In this document: positions 49,493-59,035 of the stretch, piece by piece | How positions within the stretch are numbered: the first letter of the stretch is position 1 | Layout of the letters: each line of letters opens with the position of its first letter | From: Burkholderiales bacterium | GTDB taxonomy: Bacteria; Pseudomonadota; Gammaproteobacteria; Burkholderiales; Usitatibacteraceae | NCBI GenBank assembly: GCA_038227085.1 | Contig: JBBRQA010000001.1 | Coordinates: 1,090 to 65,089 of the forward strand | Direction of reading: 5' to 3' | DNA: 64,000 bases | Position numbers and translations under genes: made by a program | The notes under the pieces: generated by a model | What the model saw: only the letters and a program-made list of their open reading frames with translations | The model's database searches: none | Told to the model about the DNA's origin: nothing

Positions 49493-50332
49493 TTAGGTGC
49501 GTCGACGCGACGCGCCGAGGATTGCGACGGCGATTCCGCCGAGGATCACGGCCGACGCGACCACCAGCCGAAGCGTGAGCTCCTCGCCCAGCAGGAGCAC
49601 TCCGCCCGCGGCGGCGATGGCGGGCACGCTCAGCTGGATCGTGGCCGCGGTGGCGGCGTGGAGGTGCTTCAGCGCCGCATACCAGAGGGCGTAGCCCACG
49701 CCCGAAGCGAGCGCGCCCGACGCGATGGCAAATGCGGCGCCGCGCGCGTCCACCGAAGCGGCGGGAAGCCACGCGAGCGAAAGCGCGGCGGCCAAGGGCA
49801 CCGCGCGCAGGAAGTTGCCTGCGGTGACGCGCGTCGGATCGCCCGCGCCGCGCCCGCGCAGGGAGTAGGCGCCCCAGGCGACGCCGGCCGCGATCATCAG
49901 GGTGGCGCCGAGCACGGGAGGCGCCGAGAGGCCGGGCAGGACAAGCCCCACGAGGCCCGCGAACGCCGCGAGCACTCCCGCGGCTTGCCACCGGTTCGGC
50001 CGATCGCCCTTCGCGACTCCCCAGCCGAACATCGTCACCTGCACCGAGCCGAAGAGCAGCAACGCGCCGGTCGCGGCGGTGAGCGAGAGATACGCGAAGG
50101 AGAACGCCGCCGCGTACGCGAACAGGGCGAGCGCCGAGAGCCAGTTGCCGCGCCCCGGCGCCGACCCGTTGCGCAGCCGCACGATGAGCCACAAGGCGAG
50201 CGCTCCCGAAACGAGGCGGATCGTGGTGAAGCTCGCCGGGTCGATGGCGCTGGTGCGCAGCGCCATGCGGCAGAGGAGCGAGTTGCCCGCGAAGGCGAGC
50301 ATCGCGAGAAGCGTGAACGCGAACGCTTGCAT
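49493..50332 (-). CDS. DMT superfamily (EamA-like) transporter
   Basis: About 10 TM helices in two EamA-type halves. Its start overlaps the cca stop by 1 nt (TGATG). Confidence 0.8.
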   Translation of the reverse strand: MQAFAFTLLAMLAFAGNSLLCRMALRTSAIDPASFTTIRLVSGALALWLIVRLRNGSAPGRGNWLSALALFAYAAAFSFAYLSLTAATGALLLFGSVQVTMFGWGVAKGDRPNRWQAAGVLAAFAGLVGLVLPGLSAPPVLGATLMIAAGVAWGAYSLRGRGAGDPTRVTAGNFLRAVPLAAALSLAWLPAASVDARGAAFAIASGALASGVGYALWYAALKHLHAATAATIQLSVPAIAAAGGVLLLGEELTLRLVVASAVILGGIAVAILGASRRRT

Positions 50333-51432
50333 CAGTTGCCGGTGGGAGGCTGCAGCTGCGCGATGGCCACCAGGCGCGCGCGCCGCAGCGCTCCGGGGAT
50401 GTCCGCGGGGTTGTCGCGCGCGATGACCCCGGCGTCGACCTTGCGCGCGGCTTGCAGCGCTCGCCGCAACGCCGCTCCCGCCCCGGAGTGCGTGGCGCAT
50501 TGCGCCACCTCGAGGAGCCGCTCGAGGCGCTCGGGACGGCGGAACGCGTCGGCGCGCTCCAGCACCTCCAGCGTCGAGTCGGCGTCGAGGTCGCGCGCGG
50601 CTATCGAGTCGCGCTCGCGAATGGCGAGGAGCGCCAGCTCGCGGCAATCGCTGGGCGCGTTGGCGCGCGCGGCGAGCTTCGCTGCGTCCCCGGCTTCGAG
50701 GTCGAGCACCAGGAGTGCGAAGCGCACCGCGAGCGCGTAGCCCTTGGCCGCGGCGAGGTCGATGCGCTGCGCGAGCGCGTCGGGCGCCTCGCCGCGGTCG
50801 ATGGAGCGGTCGAGCTCGGGAAGGATGCGCTCCAGGGCGCCGCATTCGCGCAAGACCGCGATCATGCGTGACGGCGCCTTCTCCATGAGGCCGCGCGCGA
50901 GCTCCTGCCACACGCGCTCGGGCACCAGGGCGTCGGCCTCGCCCGCCTCGACCATGCGCCGCATCAGCGCCATGGTCTCGGGAGCGATCGCGAAGCCGAA
51001 GCGCGCGGCGAAACGCGCCACCCGCAGGATACGCACGGGGTCTTCGGCGAACGCCTCGCTCACGTGGCGCAGGATCCCCGCGTGGAGGTCGCGCTCGCCG
51101 CCGTGCGGATCGATGAGCTCGCCCTCTTCGCCGCGCGCCATGGCGTTGATGGTGAGGTCGCGCCGGCGCAGGTCGTCCTCGAGGGAGACGCTCTCATCGG
51201 CGTGGAACACGAAGCCGCGGTAGCCGGGCGCCGTCTTCCTCTCGGTGCGGGCGAGAGCGTATTCCTCGTGCGTCTCGGGGTGCAGGAACACCGGAAAGTC
51301 GGCGCCCACCGGACGGAAACCGCGCTTCACCATTTCCGCGGGGTTCGAGCCCACCACGACGTGGTCGCGATCCTGCACCGCGAGCCCGAGCAGCTCGTCG
51401 CGCACCGAGCCACCGACGCGAAATGTCTTCAC
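50332..51432 (-). CDS. cca: CCA-adding tRNA nucleotidyltransferase (head domain intact, C-terminal HD motifs not evident)
   Basis: VGGSVRDELLG..DRD, RRDLTINA and ALARTERK closely follow the E. coli Cca N-terminal half. Confidence 0.88.
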   Translation of the reverse strand: MKTFRVGGSVRDELLGLAVQDRDHVVVGSNPAEMVKRGFRPVGADFPVFLHPETHEEYALARTERKTAPGYRGFVFHADESVSLEDDLRRRDLTINAMARGEEGELIDPHGGERDLHAGILRHVSEAFAEDPVRILRVARFAARFGFAIAPETMALMRRMVEAGEADALVPERVWQELARGLMEKAPSRMIAVLRECGALERILPELDRSIDRGEAPDALAQRIDLAAAKGYALAVRFALLVLDLEAGDAAKLAARANAPSDCRELALLAIRERDSIAARDLDADSTLEVLERADAFRRPERLERLLEVAQCATHSGAGAALRRALQAARKVDAGVIARDNPADIPGALRRARLVAIAQLQPPTGN

Positions 51433-52110
51433 CTACTGCGCGGGCGCGGTGGCCGCGTAGGGCTCGTCATCGGCGACGAACTCCATTTCCAGCAGCGCTT
51501 CTTCGATCCACGCACGCACGCCGGGCGCGGCGAGCATCGCCTCGCAGTAGCGCGCCGCCTGGGCGCCGAGCGCCACGCCGTAGGTCCTGAAGCGCATCAC
51601 CACCGGCGCGTACATCGCATCGGCGGCGCTGAACGCGCCGAACAGGAACGGGCCCGCGGCGCCGAAGCGCGTGCGCGCTTCACCCCACAGCCGCTCGATC
51701 CGCTCGATGTTCGCCTTCACCTCCGGCGTCATGCCCTTGCCGGGATGGGAAGCGCGGATGTTCATCGGCATGTGGATGCGCAGGTCGCGGAAGCCCGAGT
51801 GCATCTCGGAGGCGATCGAGCGGGCCAAGGCGCGCGCCACGGCGTCGCGCGGCCACACGTTCTTCTCCGGGTGCCACTCGTGCAGCGTCTCCATGATGGC
51901 GAGCGAATCCCACACCGACTGCTCGCCGCGCCACAGCACAGGCACCAGCTTCGAGGGCGACCAGCGCGCGATCTCGGCATCCCATTCGGTCGAGTTGAAG
52001 CGCAGCTTCTTCTCCTCGAACGCGATGCCGAGCTGCTTCATCAGCACCCACGGACGCATCGACCACGACGAGTAGTTCTTGTTGCCGATCACGAGGGTCA
52101 ATCTGGCCAT
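51433..52110 (-). CDS. glutathione S-transferase (YfcF-like)
   Basis: LVIGNKNYSSWSMRPW...KLVPVL...SLAIMETL. Confidence 0.8.
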   Translation of the reverse strand: MARLTLVIGNKNYSSWSMRPWVLMKQLGIAFEEKKLRFNSTEWDAEIARWSPSKLVPVLWRGEQSVWDSLAIMETLHEWHPEKNVWPRDAVARALARSIASEMHSGFRDLRIHMPMNIRASHPGKGMTPEVKANIERIERLWGEARTRFGAAGPFLFGAFSAADAMYAPVVMRFRTYGVALGAQAARYCEAMLAAPGVRAWIEEALLEMEFVADDEPYAATAPAQ

Positions 52111-52114
52111 CGAG

Positions 52115-53062
52115 TCACCTCCCCGCGTAATGGCGGAATCGCTGATAGCGCGCACGCGTGCCGGTTTGCCCCAGGTACTCGGGCGCGATCGCCTCCAGGG
52201 GCGAGGGCTCGAAGCCGAACACCTGCGGAAAGGGCCCCGCGCACACGTTGTCCACGCTCAGAGAGCGCAGGTTGTCGCGGGTGAGAAGCTTCCCCGGAAG
52301 GTGCTCGAAGACCGACGCCTGCAACGAGGCGAGCGCCGCGGGCAGCGCCATGACGCGGGGCGAGCGGCCCACCGCCGCCGCGGCGAAGCGCACCAGCTCC
52401 TCGAGCGTGTAGACGCGCGGGCCGCCCAGCTCGAAGGTCGATCCCAGCGCGCGCGGCTCGCCCAGCGAGGTGGCGATGGCGCGCGCTACGTCCTCGACCC
52501 AGACGGGTTGGAACTTCGCGTGCGCCGCGCCGAGCGGGATCACCGGGAAGATGCGCGCCATGCGCGCGAAAAGGTTGAGGAAGCGATCGTGCTCGCCGAA
52601 GATCACCGACGGCCGGAAGATGGTGAAGGGCAGCTCGGCGCCAACGGCGCGCACCGCCTCTTCCCCGGCGGCCTTCGAGCGCAAGTACTCGCTGGGGGCG
52701 GTCGGGGAGGCGCCGAGCGCGCTCATCTGAAGGAACTGGCGCACGCCCGCGGCGCGGCAGGCCCGCGCGATCTTGCGCGGCAGCTCGACGTGCGCGGAGG
52801 CGAAGCTCGCGCGCCCCGAAGGATGCAGGATGCCGACCAGATTCACCACCGCGTCCATGTTATCGAAGCAGCGCGCCAGCGCTTTTTCGTCGTTCGGGTC
52901 GGCCACCATGGTCTCCACCGTGGGCAGCACGAGGAGGCCGCGCGCCCGCGGCTCGCTCCTCGTCACGACGCGCACGCGCAGCCCGCGCGTGAAAGCCTGC
53001 TCCGCCACGGAGCGCCCGACGAAGCCGCTGCTGCCGATGATGCATACGCTGGAGATGTCCAT
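52115..53062 (-). CDS. NAD-dependent epimerase/dehydratase, NDUFA9-like complex I subunit family
   Basis: Rossmann motif IIGSSGFVGRS and YLRSKAAGE. 315 aa. Confidence 0.8.
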   Translation of the reverse strand: MDISSVCIIGSSGFVGRSVAEQAFTRGLRVRVVTRSEPRARGLLVLPTVETMVADPNDEKALARCFDNMDAVVNLVGILHPSGRASFASAHVELPRKIARACRAAGVRQFLQMSALGASPTAPSEYLRSKAAGEEAVRAVGAELPFTIFRPSVIFGEHDRFLNLFARMARIFPVIPLGAAHAKFQPVWVEDVARAIATSLGEPRALGSTFELGGPRVYTLEELVRFAAAAVGRSPRVMALPAALASLQASVFEHLPGKLLTRDNLRSLSVDNVCAGPFPQVFGFEPSPLEAIAPEYLGQTGTRARYQRFRHYAGR

Positions 53063-53070
53063 GGCGCCCT

Positions 53071-55023
53071 TCAGGGAATGTTGGATGCGACGGCGGGCTC
53101 GCCGCTTCGCCCCGGCACCGTGCCGAGCAGTTCGCGCATCGTGGCGGGCTTGCCGTTCAACCGGTGGCGGTAGTACCACGCGTTGGCGAAGACCTTCTTC
53201 ACGTAATCGCGCGTCTCGTTGAAGGGGATCGTCTCGGCGTAGATCGCGCCTTCGAGCGCGCGCTCGTCGCGCCAGCGGCGCGCGCGCCCCGGTCCCGCGT
53301 TGTACGCCGCGGTGGCGAGGATCGGGTGGCCGAGCTCGTTCAGCACGCGGCGGAAATAGTAGGCACCCATCTGCAGGTTCACGTCGGGGCGCACCAGCAT
53401 CTCCTGGCGGAACGGCGAGATCGAGATCTGGCGCGCGACCCAGCGCGCGGTGGCGGGCATCAGCTGCATGAGCCCGGTGGCGCCCACGGGTGAGCGCGCC
53501 TCGGGCATGAAACGGCTCTCCTGGCGCACGATCCCGTACACGATGGCCTCGTCCAGGTCCCATTGGCGCGCCGCCGCGGTGAGCGCGTCGCGGTGCGGGG
53601 TCGGAAAGCGCTGCGCGAAATCGTGGATGAGCACGGTGCGGTCCGCGGTGCCGATGGCGCGGTCGGTCTCGTTGGCGAGGCGGGCGAGCTCCGCCGCCGC
53701 GAGGAGACTGCGATCGTCGAGGCCGCGGATCGCCCAGAGCCACTCGCGCAGCGCCTCGCTGTCCAGCCCCAGGCGGTAGAGGGCAAGGGCGCGCCGGATG
53801 CCGCCGTTGGCGCGCAGGCGCTCGAGGTCGGCTGCCGCCGGGCGCCAGCCGTTCCATTGCGGCACCGTCGCGATGCCCAGGTCCTCGGCGGCGAGGAGCC
53901 CGTAGAAAGTCTGGCGGGGCGCCAGCTCCTTCAGGATCGCGTCGGCCGCCTCCGCGGAGCCGAGGTTCCTCAATGCGCGCGCGCGCCAGTACTGCCAGTT
54001 CGGCTCGCGCCTCTCCTCCGGCGACAGGGCCCGGACCGACGCCAGCACCTCTTTCCAGTCGCCCGCGCGAAGCGCCGCGCGTGCGCGCCACGCGATCTGG
54101 GGGTCGCCGAGGGTGGTGTTGCCCGCCAGCGCGTACCACTCCAGCGCCCGTGGGTGGTGGGCGAGCGCGGCCTGCCAGGCGACCTGTCCCCAGGCGAAGG
54201 CGGCCGCGTCGCCCGAAAGGCGCGGCGCCATGGTGGCGAGGCGATCGGCCGCCTCGTCGGGCTTGGAGCGCGCCAGGCGCTCGAGCGCGAAGAGCAGCGT
54301 CTCCTGCGAGGCGCGCGTGGGATGCTGGCCGAACTTCTCGCGCGAGAGAAACGCACCCGGCTCGCTGCCGATCCGCTCCAGAGTCTTCTCCACCAGGCTC
54401 AGGCGCATCGGCAGCAGCGCGTTGGCGCGCTTCGCCTCGCGCAGGTTGCCCGCCGCGAGGAGCCTGCGGATGCGATCCCACACCTCGGCTTCGCCGATGG
54501 TTCTCGCCGCGACCGCGGCTGCGAACACCGGATCGCACGCGGCGCCGGCCTCGCGCCTCGAGAAGAACAGGGCGCGCACCTCGCTGCCGGCTTCCGCATC
54601 GCCGCGCGCGAGGCGCTCCTGGAACGAATAGCAGGAGATCTCGACGTCCTCACCCAGCGCCAGCGGGTACTGCGCGCGGAACTGCTCCCACGAGCCGGCC
54701 GCCCCGAGCGCTTTCAGCCACTCGCGCCGCAAGCCTTCCGCGAGCGGTGAATCGGGATAGCGTGCGAGGAATGCCTGCACCTCGCGCGGGTCGCTGCGCT
54801 CGACGTTGCCGACGAGGAGCCAGTAGGCGGGATAGGGCTCCAGGAGGTCGCCGGCGAGCCTGGCCCGGTAGGTCTCGAGGACCTTCCACTGCCCGCGCAG
54901 CGCGGCTTCCTTCGCGGCGAGCAAGTCGGAATCGCCGGGCGCCTGCGCGCACGCAAGCCCTGCGCAAGCCACGCACGAGGCCGCCAGCGCGGACTTGATG
55001 AAGGTCAAGGCCATTCGGGTCAC
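53071..55023 (-). CDS. slt: soluble lytic murein transglycosylase (Slt70-like)
   Basis: Signal peptide, a long superhelical U-domain and a C-terminal SLT catalytic region (IVRQESRF...GLMQLMP...AAYNAGPGR). Confidence 0.92.
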   Translation of the reverse strand: MTRMALTFIKSALAASCVACAGLACAQAPGDSDLLAAKEAALRGQWKVLETYRARLAGDLLEPYPAYWLLVGNVERSDPREVQAFLARYPDSPLAEGLRREWLKALGAAGSWEQFRAQYPLALGEDVEISCYSFQERLARGDAEAGSEVRALFFSRREAGAACDPVFAAAVAARTIGEAEVWDRIRRLLAAGNLREAKRANALLPMRLSLVEKTLERIGSEPGAFLSREKFGQHPTRASQETLLFALERLARSKPDEAADRLATMAPRLSGDAAAFAWGQVAWQAALAHHPRALEWYALAGNTTLGDPQIAWRARAALRAGDWKEVLASVRALSPEERREPNWQYWRARALRNLGSAEAADAILKELAPRQTFYGLLAAEDLGIATVPQWNGWRPAAADLERLRANGGIRRALALYRLGLDSEALREWLWAIRGLDDRSLLAAAELARLANETDRAIGTADRTVLIHDFAQRFPTPHRDALTAAARQWDLDEAIVYGIVRQESRFMPEARSPVGATGLMQLMPATARWVARQISISPFRQEMLVRPDVNLQMGAYYFRRVLNELGHPILATAAYNAGPGRARRWRDERALEGAIYAETIPFNETRDYVKKVFANAWYYRHRLNGKPATMRELLGTVPGRSGEPAVASNIP

Positions 55024-55101
55024 CGCTCACTACCTTTCGCAATAGTGCTTTAGCGCTAAAATTATAGACTGTCGTTACGCGCATCCACCGGTCCTCCACC
55101 C

Positions 55102-55797
55102 ATGTCTATCGAAGATCCCCTGTTCTGGACGGCGCTGCTGAAGATCATCGGCGTCAACATCATCCTGTCCGGGGACAACGCGGTGGTGATCGCGCTCGCG
55201 GCGCGCTCGCTGCCCGCCAAGCAGCAGAAGCAGGCGATCTTCTGGGGCGCGGGCGCGGCCATCGCGCTGCGCATCGTCCTCACCCTGTTCGCCGTCGCCC
55301 TCCTTGCGCTCCCCTGGCTGAAGTTGGTCGGCTCGGTTCTCCTGCTCTGGATCGGCGTGAAGCTCCTCGTTCCCCAGGACGACGATCCGGGCATCACGGC
55401 GAGCGACAACCTGATGGCGGCCGTCCGCACCATCCTCATCGCCGACCTGGTCATGAGCCTTGACAACGTGATCGCGGTCGCGGCGGCGGCCGGCGGCAGC
55501 ACGGTCCTGCTCGTCGTCGGCCTCGCCATCTCCATCCCGCTCGTCATCTTCGGCGCGACGCTGCTGGTGAAGATCATGGACCGCTATCCGGTCATCGTGA
55601 CCATCGGCGCCGGCCTCATCGGCTTCGTCGCCGGCGAGATGGCGTGGGAAGACGGCGCGTTCGCCGCCTGGACCAGCGCCTATCCGGCCAGCATGAAGTA
55701 TGTTCCCGCGGTCATGTGCGCGATCTTCGTCATCGTTTTCGGCCAATGGCTCGGCAAGCGCGCCGTGGCGGCCCGGCAAGCCGCGGGAGGCGCCTAG
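55102..55797 (+). CDS. TerC/YjbE family integral membrane protein
   Basis: Repeated LSGDNAVVIA / MSLDNVIAVA motifs. Confidence 0.88.
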   Translation: MSIEDPLFWTALLKIIGVNIILSGDNAVVIALAARSLPAKQQKQAIFWGAGAAIALRIVLTLFAVALLALPWLKLVGSVLLLWIGVKLLVPQDDDPGITASDNLMAAVRTILIADLVMSLDNVIAVAAAAGGSTVLLVVGLAISIPLVIFGATLLVKIMDRYPVIVTIGAGLIGFVAGEMAWEDGAFAAWTSAYPASMKYVPAVMCAIFVIVFGQWLGKRAVAARQAAGGA

Positions 55798-55918
55798 GAA
55801 CCCCATTTCGCAGTCCATCGCCCGCGAGGAACAGCGGGCGCCCGCGCCCTGTCGATGCGTCAGGCGCGAGGCACAAGTTCCGACGAATCGAACATTCGAC
55901 AATCTCGAGGAGAATCAG

Positions 55919-56929
55919 ATGAAGCAATCGCTTCTTAGCCGTAGCCGCATCGCCGCGCTGGTGGGCGCGGCACTCACTGTGCTCGCTCCCGTGCTCGCGT
56001 GGGAGCCCAACAAGACCGTGGAATTCATCGTGCCCGCCGGCCCGGGTGGAGGCGCCGACCAGATGGCGCGCTTCATCCAGGGAATGGTGGCGAAGCACAA
56101 CCTGATGAAGCAGCCGATGGTGGTCGTGAACAAGCCGGGCGGCGCCGGCGCCGAGGGCTTCCTCGACGTGAAGGACGCGAAGGGCGATGCCCACAAGATC
56201 ATCATCACGCTCTCCAACCTCTTCACGACGCCGCTCGCGACCGGGGTCCCGTTCAGCTGGAAGGACCTGACGCCGGTGCAGATGATGGCGCTCGACCAGT
56301 TCGTCCTCTGGGTGAATTCCGACACGCCGTACAAGACCCCGGCGGAATACATCGACGCGATCAAGAAGGCGGGCCCCAACAAGTTCAAGATGGGCGGCAC
56401 CGGCTCCAAGCAGGAGGACCAGATCGTCACCGTTTCCATCGAGAAGAAGACTGGCGCCAAGTTCACCTACATCCCCTACAAGGGCGGTGGCGAGATCGCC
56501 GTGCAGCTCGTGGGCAAGCACATCGATTCATCGGTGAACAATCCGATCGAGGCGGTCGAGCAGTGGCGCGCCGGGCAGGTTCGCCCGCTGTGCGTGTTCG
56601 ACAGCCAGCCGATGCCCTACAAGGCCAAGGTAACCAAGGACATGTCGTGGGGCGACATCCCGACCTGCAAGAAGATGGGGCTCGACGTCGAGTACCAGAT
56701 GCTGCGCGGGATCTTCATGCCCCCCGGCGTGAGTAAGGAGCAGGTGGACTTCTACGTGGCCCTGCTGAAGAAGATCCGCGAGACCCCGGAATGGAAGGAG
56801 TTCATGGAGAAGGGCGCCTTCAACCAGACGGCTTTGAGCGGCAACGAGTACAAGGAGTGGGTGGCGAAGGAAGAGAAACGCCACTACGACCTGATGAAGG
56901 AAGCCGGCTTCCTGGCGAAGGACAAGTGA
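55919..56929 (+). CDS. tctC: tripartite tricarboxylate transporter substrate-binding protein (TctC/Bug family)
   Basis: Signal peptide, then IVPAGPGGGADQMAR and YIPYKGGGE. Confidence 0.9.
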   Translation: MKQSLLSRSRIAALVGAALTVLAPVLAWEPNKTVEFIVPAGPGGGADQMARFIQGMVAKHNLMKQPMVVVNKPGGAGAEGFLDVKDAKGDAHKIIITLSNLFTTPLATGVPFSWKDLTPVQMMALDQFVLWVNSDTPYKTPAEYIDAIKKAGPNKFKMGGTGSKQEDQIVTVSIEKKTGAKFTYIPYKGGGEIAVQLVGKHIDSSVNNPIEAVEQWRAGQVRPLCVFDSQPMPYKAKVTKDMSWGDIPTCKKMGLDVEYQMLRGIFMPPGVSKEQVDFYVALLKKIRETPEWKEFMEKGAFNQTALSGNEYKEWVAKEEKRHYDLMKEAGFLAKDK

Positions 56930-57000
56930 ATCGCGCAACGGGCCTCGCCGCGCGGGGCCCGTAGCACTTTCCGCTCGAAATATCCCGAAGAGGAGCGTCA

Positions 57001-57504
57001 ATGGAGGAGTCGCAGGATAAGCCCGCCGTCAGCATGAAGGCGATGGAGGTCGCGGTCGCGCTCTTCTTCGTGCTCTTCGGGGCCGTGGTCTGCTGGGACA
57101 GCTACCGGCTCGGCGCGAAGTGGGGTTCGGACGGGCCCGAAGCCGGCTATTTCCCCTTCTACATCGGCATCATCATCATTTTCTGCAGCGCGGTCACCCT
57201 GCTCAAGGTGATGGCCATGAAGGCCGCCGACACTTCGCCTTTCGTGCTGCGCGGGCAGCTGAAGATGGTCACGCTGATCATGGTGCCGACCGTCGTCTAC
57301 GTCGCGCTGATCGAATCGCTCGGGATCTACGTCGCCTCCACGATCTACATCGCGGTCTTCATGTGGTGGCTGGGCAAGTATTCGTGGATCAGGTTCGTGC
57401 CCGTCAGCGTGGGCGTGAGCGTCGCGTTCTTCCTGATGTTCGAGATCTGGTTCAAGGTGCCGCTGCCCAAAGGGCCCCTCGAAGCCGCCTTTGGCCTGAA
57501 CTGA
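57001..57504 (+). CDS. tctB: tripartite tricarboxylate transporter small membrane subunit TctB
   Basis: 167 aa with 4 TM helices, positioned between tctC and tctA. Confidence 0.85.
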   Translation: MEESQDKPAVSMKAMEVAVALFFVLFGAVVCWDSYRLGAKWGSDGPEAGYFPFYIGIIIIFCSAVTLLKVMAMKAADTSPFVLRGQLKMVTLIMVPTVVYVALIESLGIYVASTIYIAVFMWWLGKYSWIRFVPVSVGVSVAFFLMFEIWFKVPLPKGPLEAAFGLN

Positions 57505-57513
57505 ACGCGAGTC

Positions 57514-59031
57514 ATGGAAGAAATCAACGCTCTGCTGCAAGGCTTCTCGGTCGCGCTCACGCCGTACAACCTGCTGTTGATGATGGTCGGGATCACGCTC
57601 GGCGTCATCATCGGCGTCCTGCCGGGGCTGGGCGGGGCCAATGGCGTGGCGATCCTGCTGCCCCTCACCTTCTCGATGAACCCGACCTCGGCGATCATCA
57701 TGCTTTCCTGCATCTACTGGGGGGCGTTGTTCGGCGGGGCCATCACTTCCATCCTGTTCAACATTCCCGGCGAGCCCTGGTCGGTGGCGACGACCTTCGA
57801 CGGCTATCCGCTGGCACAGAAGGGCAAGGCGGGCCAGGCGCTCACCGCGGCGTTCACCTCGTCGTTCGTCGGCGCGCTGGTGGGCGTCCTCCTCATCACC
57901 TTCCTGTCGCCGGTGATCGCGAGGTTCGCGCTGAAGTTCGGCCCGCCGGAGTATTTCGCCGTCTACCTCCTCACGTTTTGCGCATTCGTCGGCATGGCGA
58001 AGGGATCGCCCTTCAAGACCATCATGTCGATGATGATGGGATTCGCCCTGGCGGCGGTCGGCCTCGATACCGTCACCGGCCAGTTGCGCATGACGTTCGG
58101 CTTCACCTCTTTGCTCAAGGGGTTCGATTTCCTCATCGCCGTGATCGGCCTCTTCGGCATCGGCGAGATCCTGCTCACCATCGAGGAGGGCCTCGCGTTC
58201 CAGGGCGCCAAGGCGAAGCTGAACATGAAGGTGGTGCTCGAAACCTGGAAGGAGCTGCCGAAGTACTGGAAGACGTCGTTGCGCAGCGCCCTGGTGGGAT
58301 GCTTCATGGGAATCGTGCCCGGGGGCGCCACCCCGGCCTCCTTCATGAGCTACGGGATCGCCAAGAAGATGTCGCGGGACGGGGCCAAGTTCGGCACCGG
58401 GCAGCTGGAGGGCGTGGTCGCGCCGGAAACCGCGGCCCACGCCGCGGGCACCAGCGCGTTGCTGCCGATGCTCACGCTGGGCGTTCCCGGCTCGCCCACG
58501 GCGGCGGTCCTCCTGGGCGGGCTCCTCATCTGGGGGCTGCAGCCCGGTCCCATGCTGTTCGCGGAAAAGCCCGATTTCGTCTGGGGCCTCATCGCCAGCA
58601 TGTACCTTGGCAACATCGCGGGGCTCATCGTCGTGCTCACCTGCGTGCCGCTCTTCGCGGCCATCCTGCGCATTCCCTTCGCCATCATCGCGCCGGTCAT
58701 CATGGTGATCTGCGCGATCGGCGCGTACACCGTGCACAGCTCGATGTTCGACGTGTACCTGATGGTTATTTTCGGCGTCGTGGGCTACGTCTTCAAGAAG
58801 CTGGACTATCCGCTCGCGCCCCTGGTGCTGGCGCTGGTGCTGGGGGACCGCGCCGAAGATGCGTTCCGCCAATCGATGCTTGCGTCCCAGGGTGACATGC
58901 GCATCCTCTACTCCAACACGCTGGTGGGCTCGATCACGACGCTCGCGTTGTTGCTGTTGTTCTGGCCGTTGATCTCGAAGGCCCTCGACCTGCTTCGGGG
59001 CAGGAATTCGGCTGCGCCGTCCGTGGAGTGA
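57514..59031 (+). CDS. tctA: tripartite tricarboxylate transporter large permease TctA
   Basis: 505 aa polytopic protein. GVLPGLGG and GIVPGGATPASF motifs. Confidence 0.92.
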   Translation: MEEINALLQGFSVALTPYNLLLMMVGITLGVIIGVLPGLGGANGVAILLPLTFSMNPTSAIIMLSCIYWGALFGGAITSILFNIPGEPWSVATTFDGYPLAQKGKAGQALTAAFTSSFVGALVGVLLITFLSPVIARFALKFGPPEYFAVYLLTFCAFVGMAKGSPFKTIMSMMMGFALAAVGLDTVTGQLRMTFGFTSLLKGFDFLIAVIGLFGIGEILLTIEEGLAFQGAKAKLNMKVVLETWKELPKYWKTSLRSALVGCFMGIVPGGATPASFMSYGIAKKMSRDGAKFGTGQLEGVVAPETAAHAAGTSALLPMLTLGVPGSPTAAVLLGGLLIWGLQPGPMLFAEKPDFVWGLIASMYLGNIAGLIVVLTCVPLFAAILRIPFAIIAPVIMVICAIGAYTVHSSMFDVYLMVIFGVVGYVFKKLDYPLAPLVLALVLGDRAEDAFRQSMLASQGDMRILYSNTLVGSITTLALLLLFWPLISKALDLLRGRNSAAPSVE

Positions 59032-59035
59032 TGCC

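Noticed and set aside
55024-55101. yybP-ykoY (manganese) riboswitch upstream of the TerC-family gene.
   Set aside because: The intergenic region is only ~78 nt and lacks the conserved four-way-junction sequence blocks. It is too short for that aptamer plus an expression platform.
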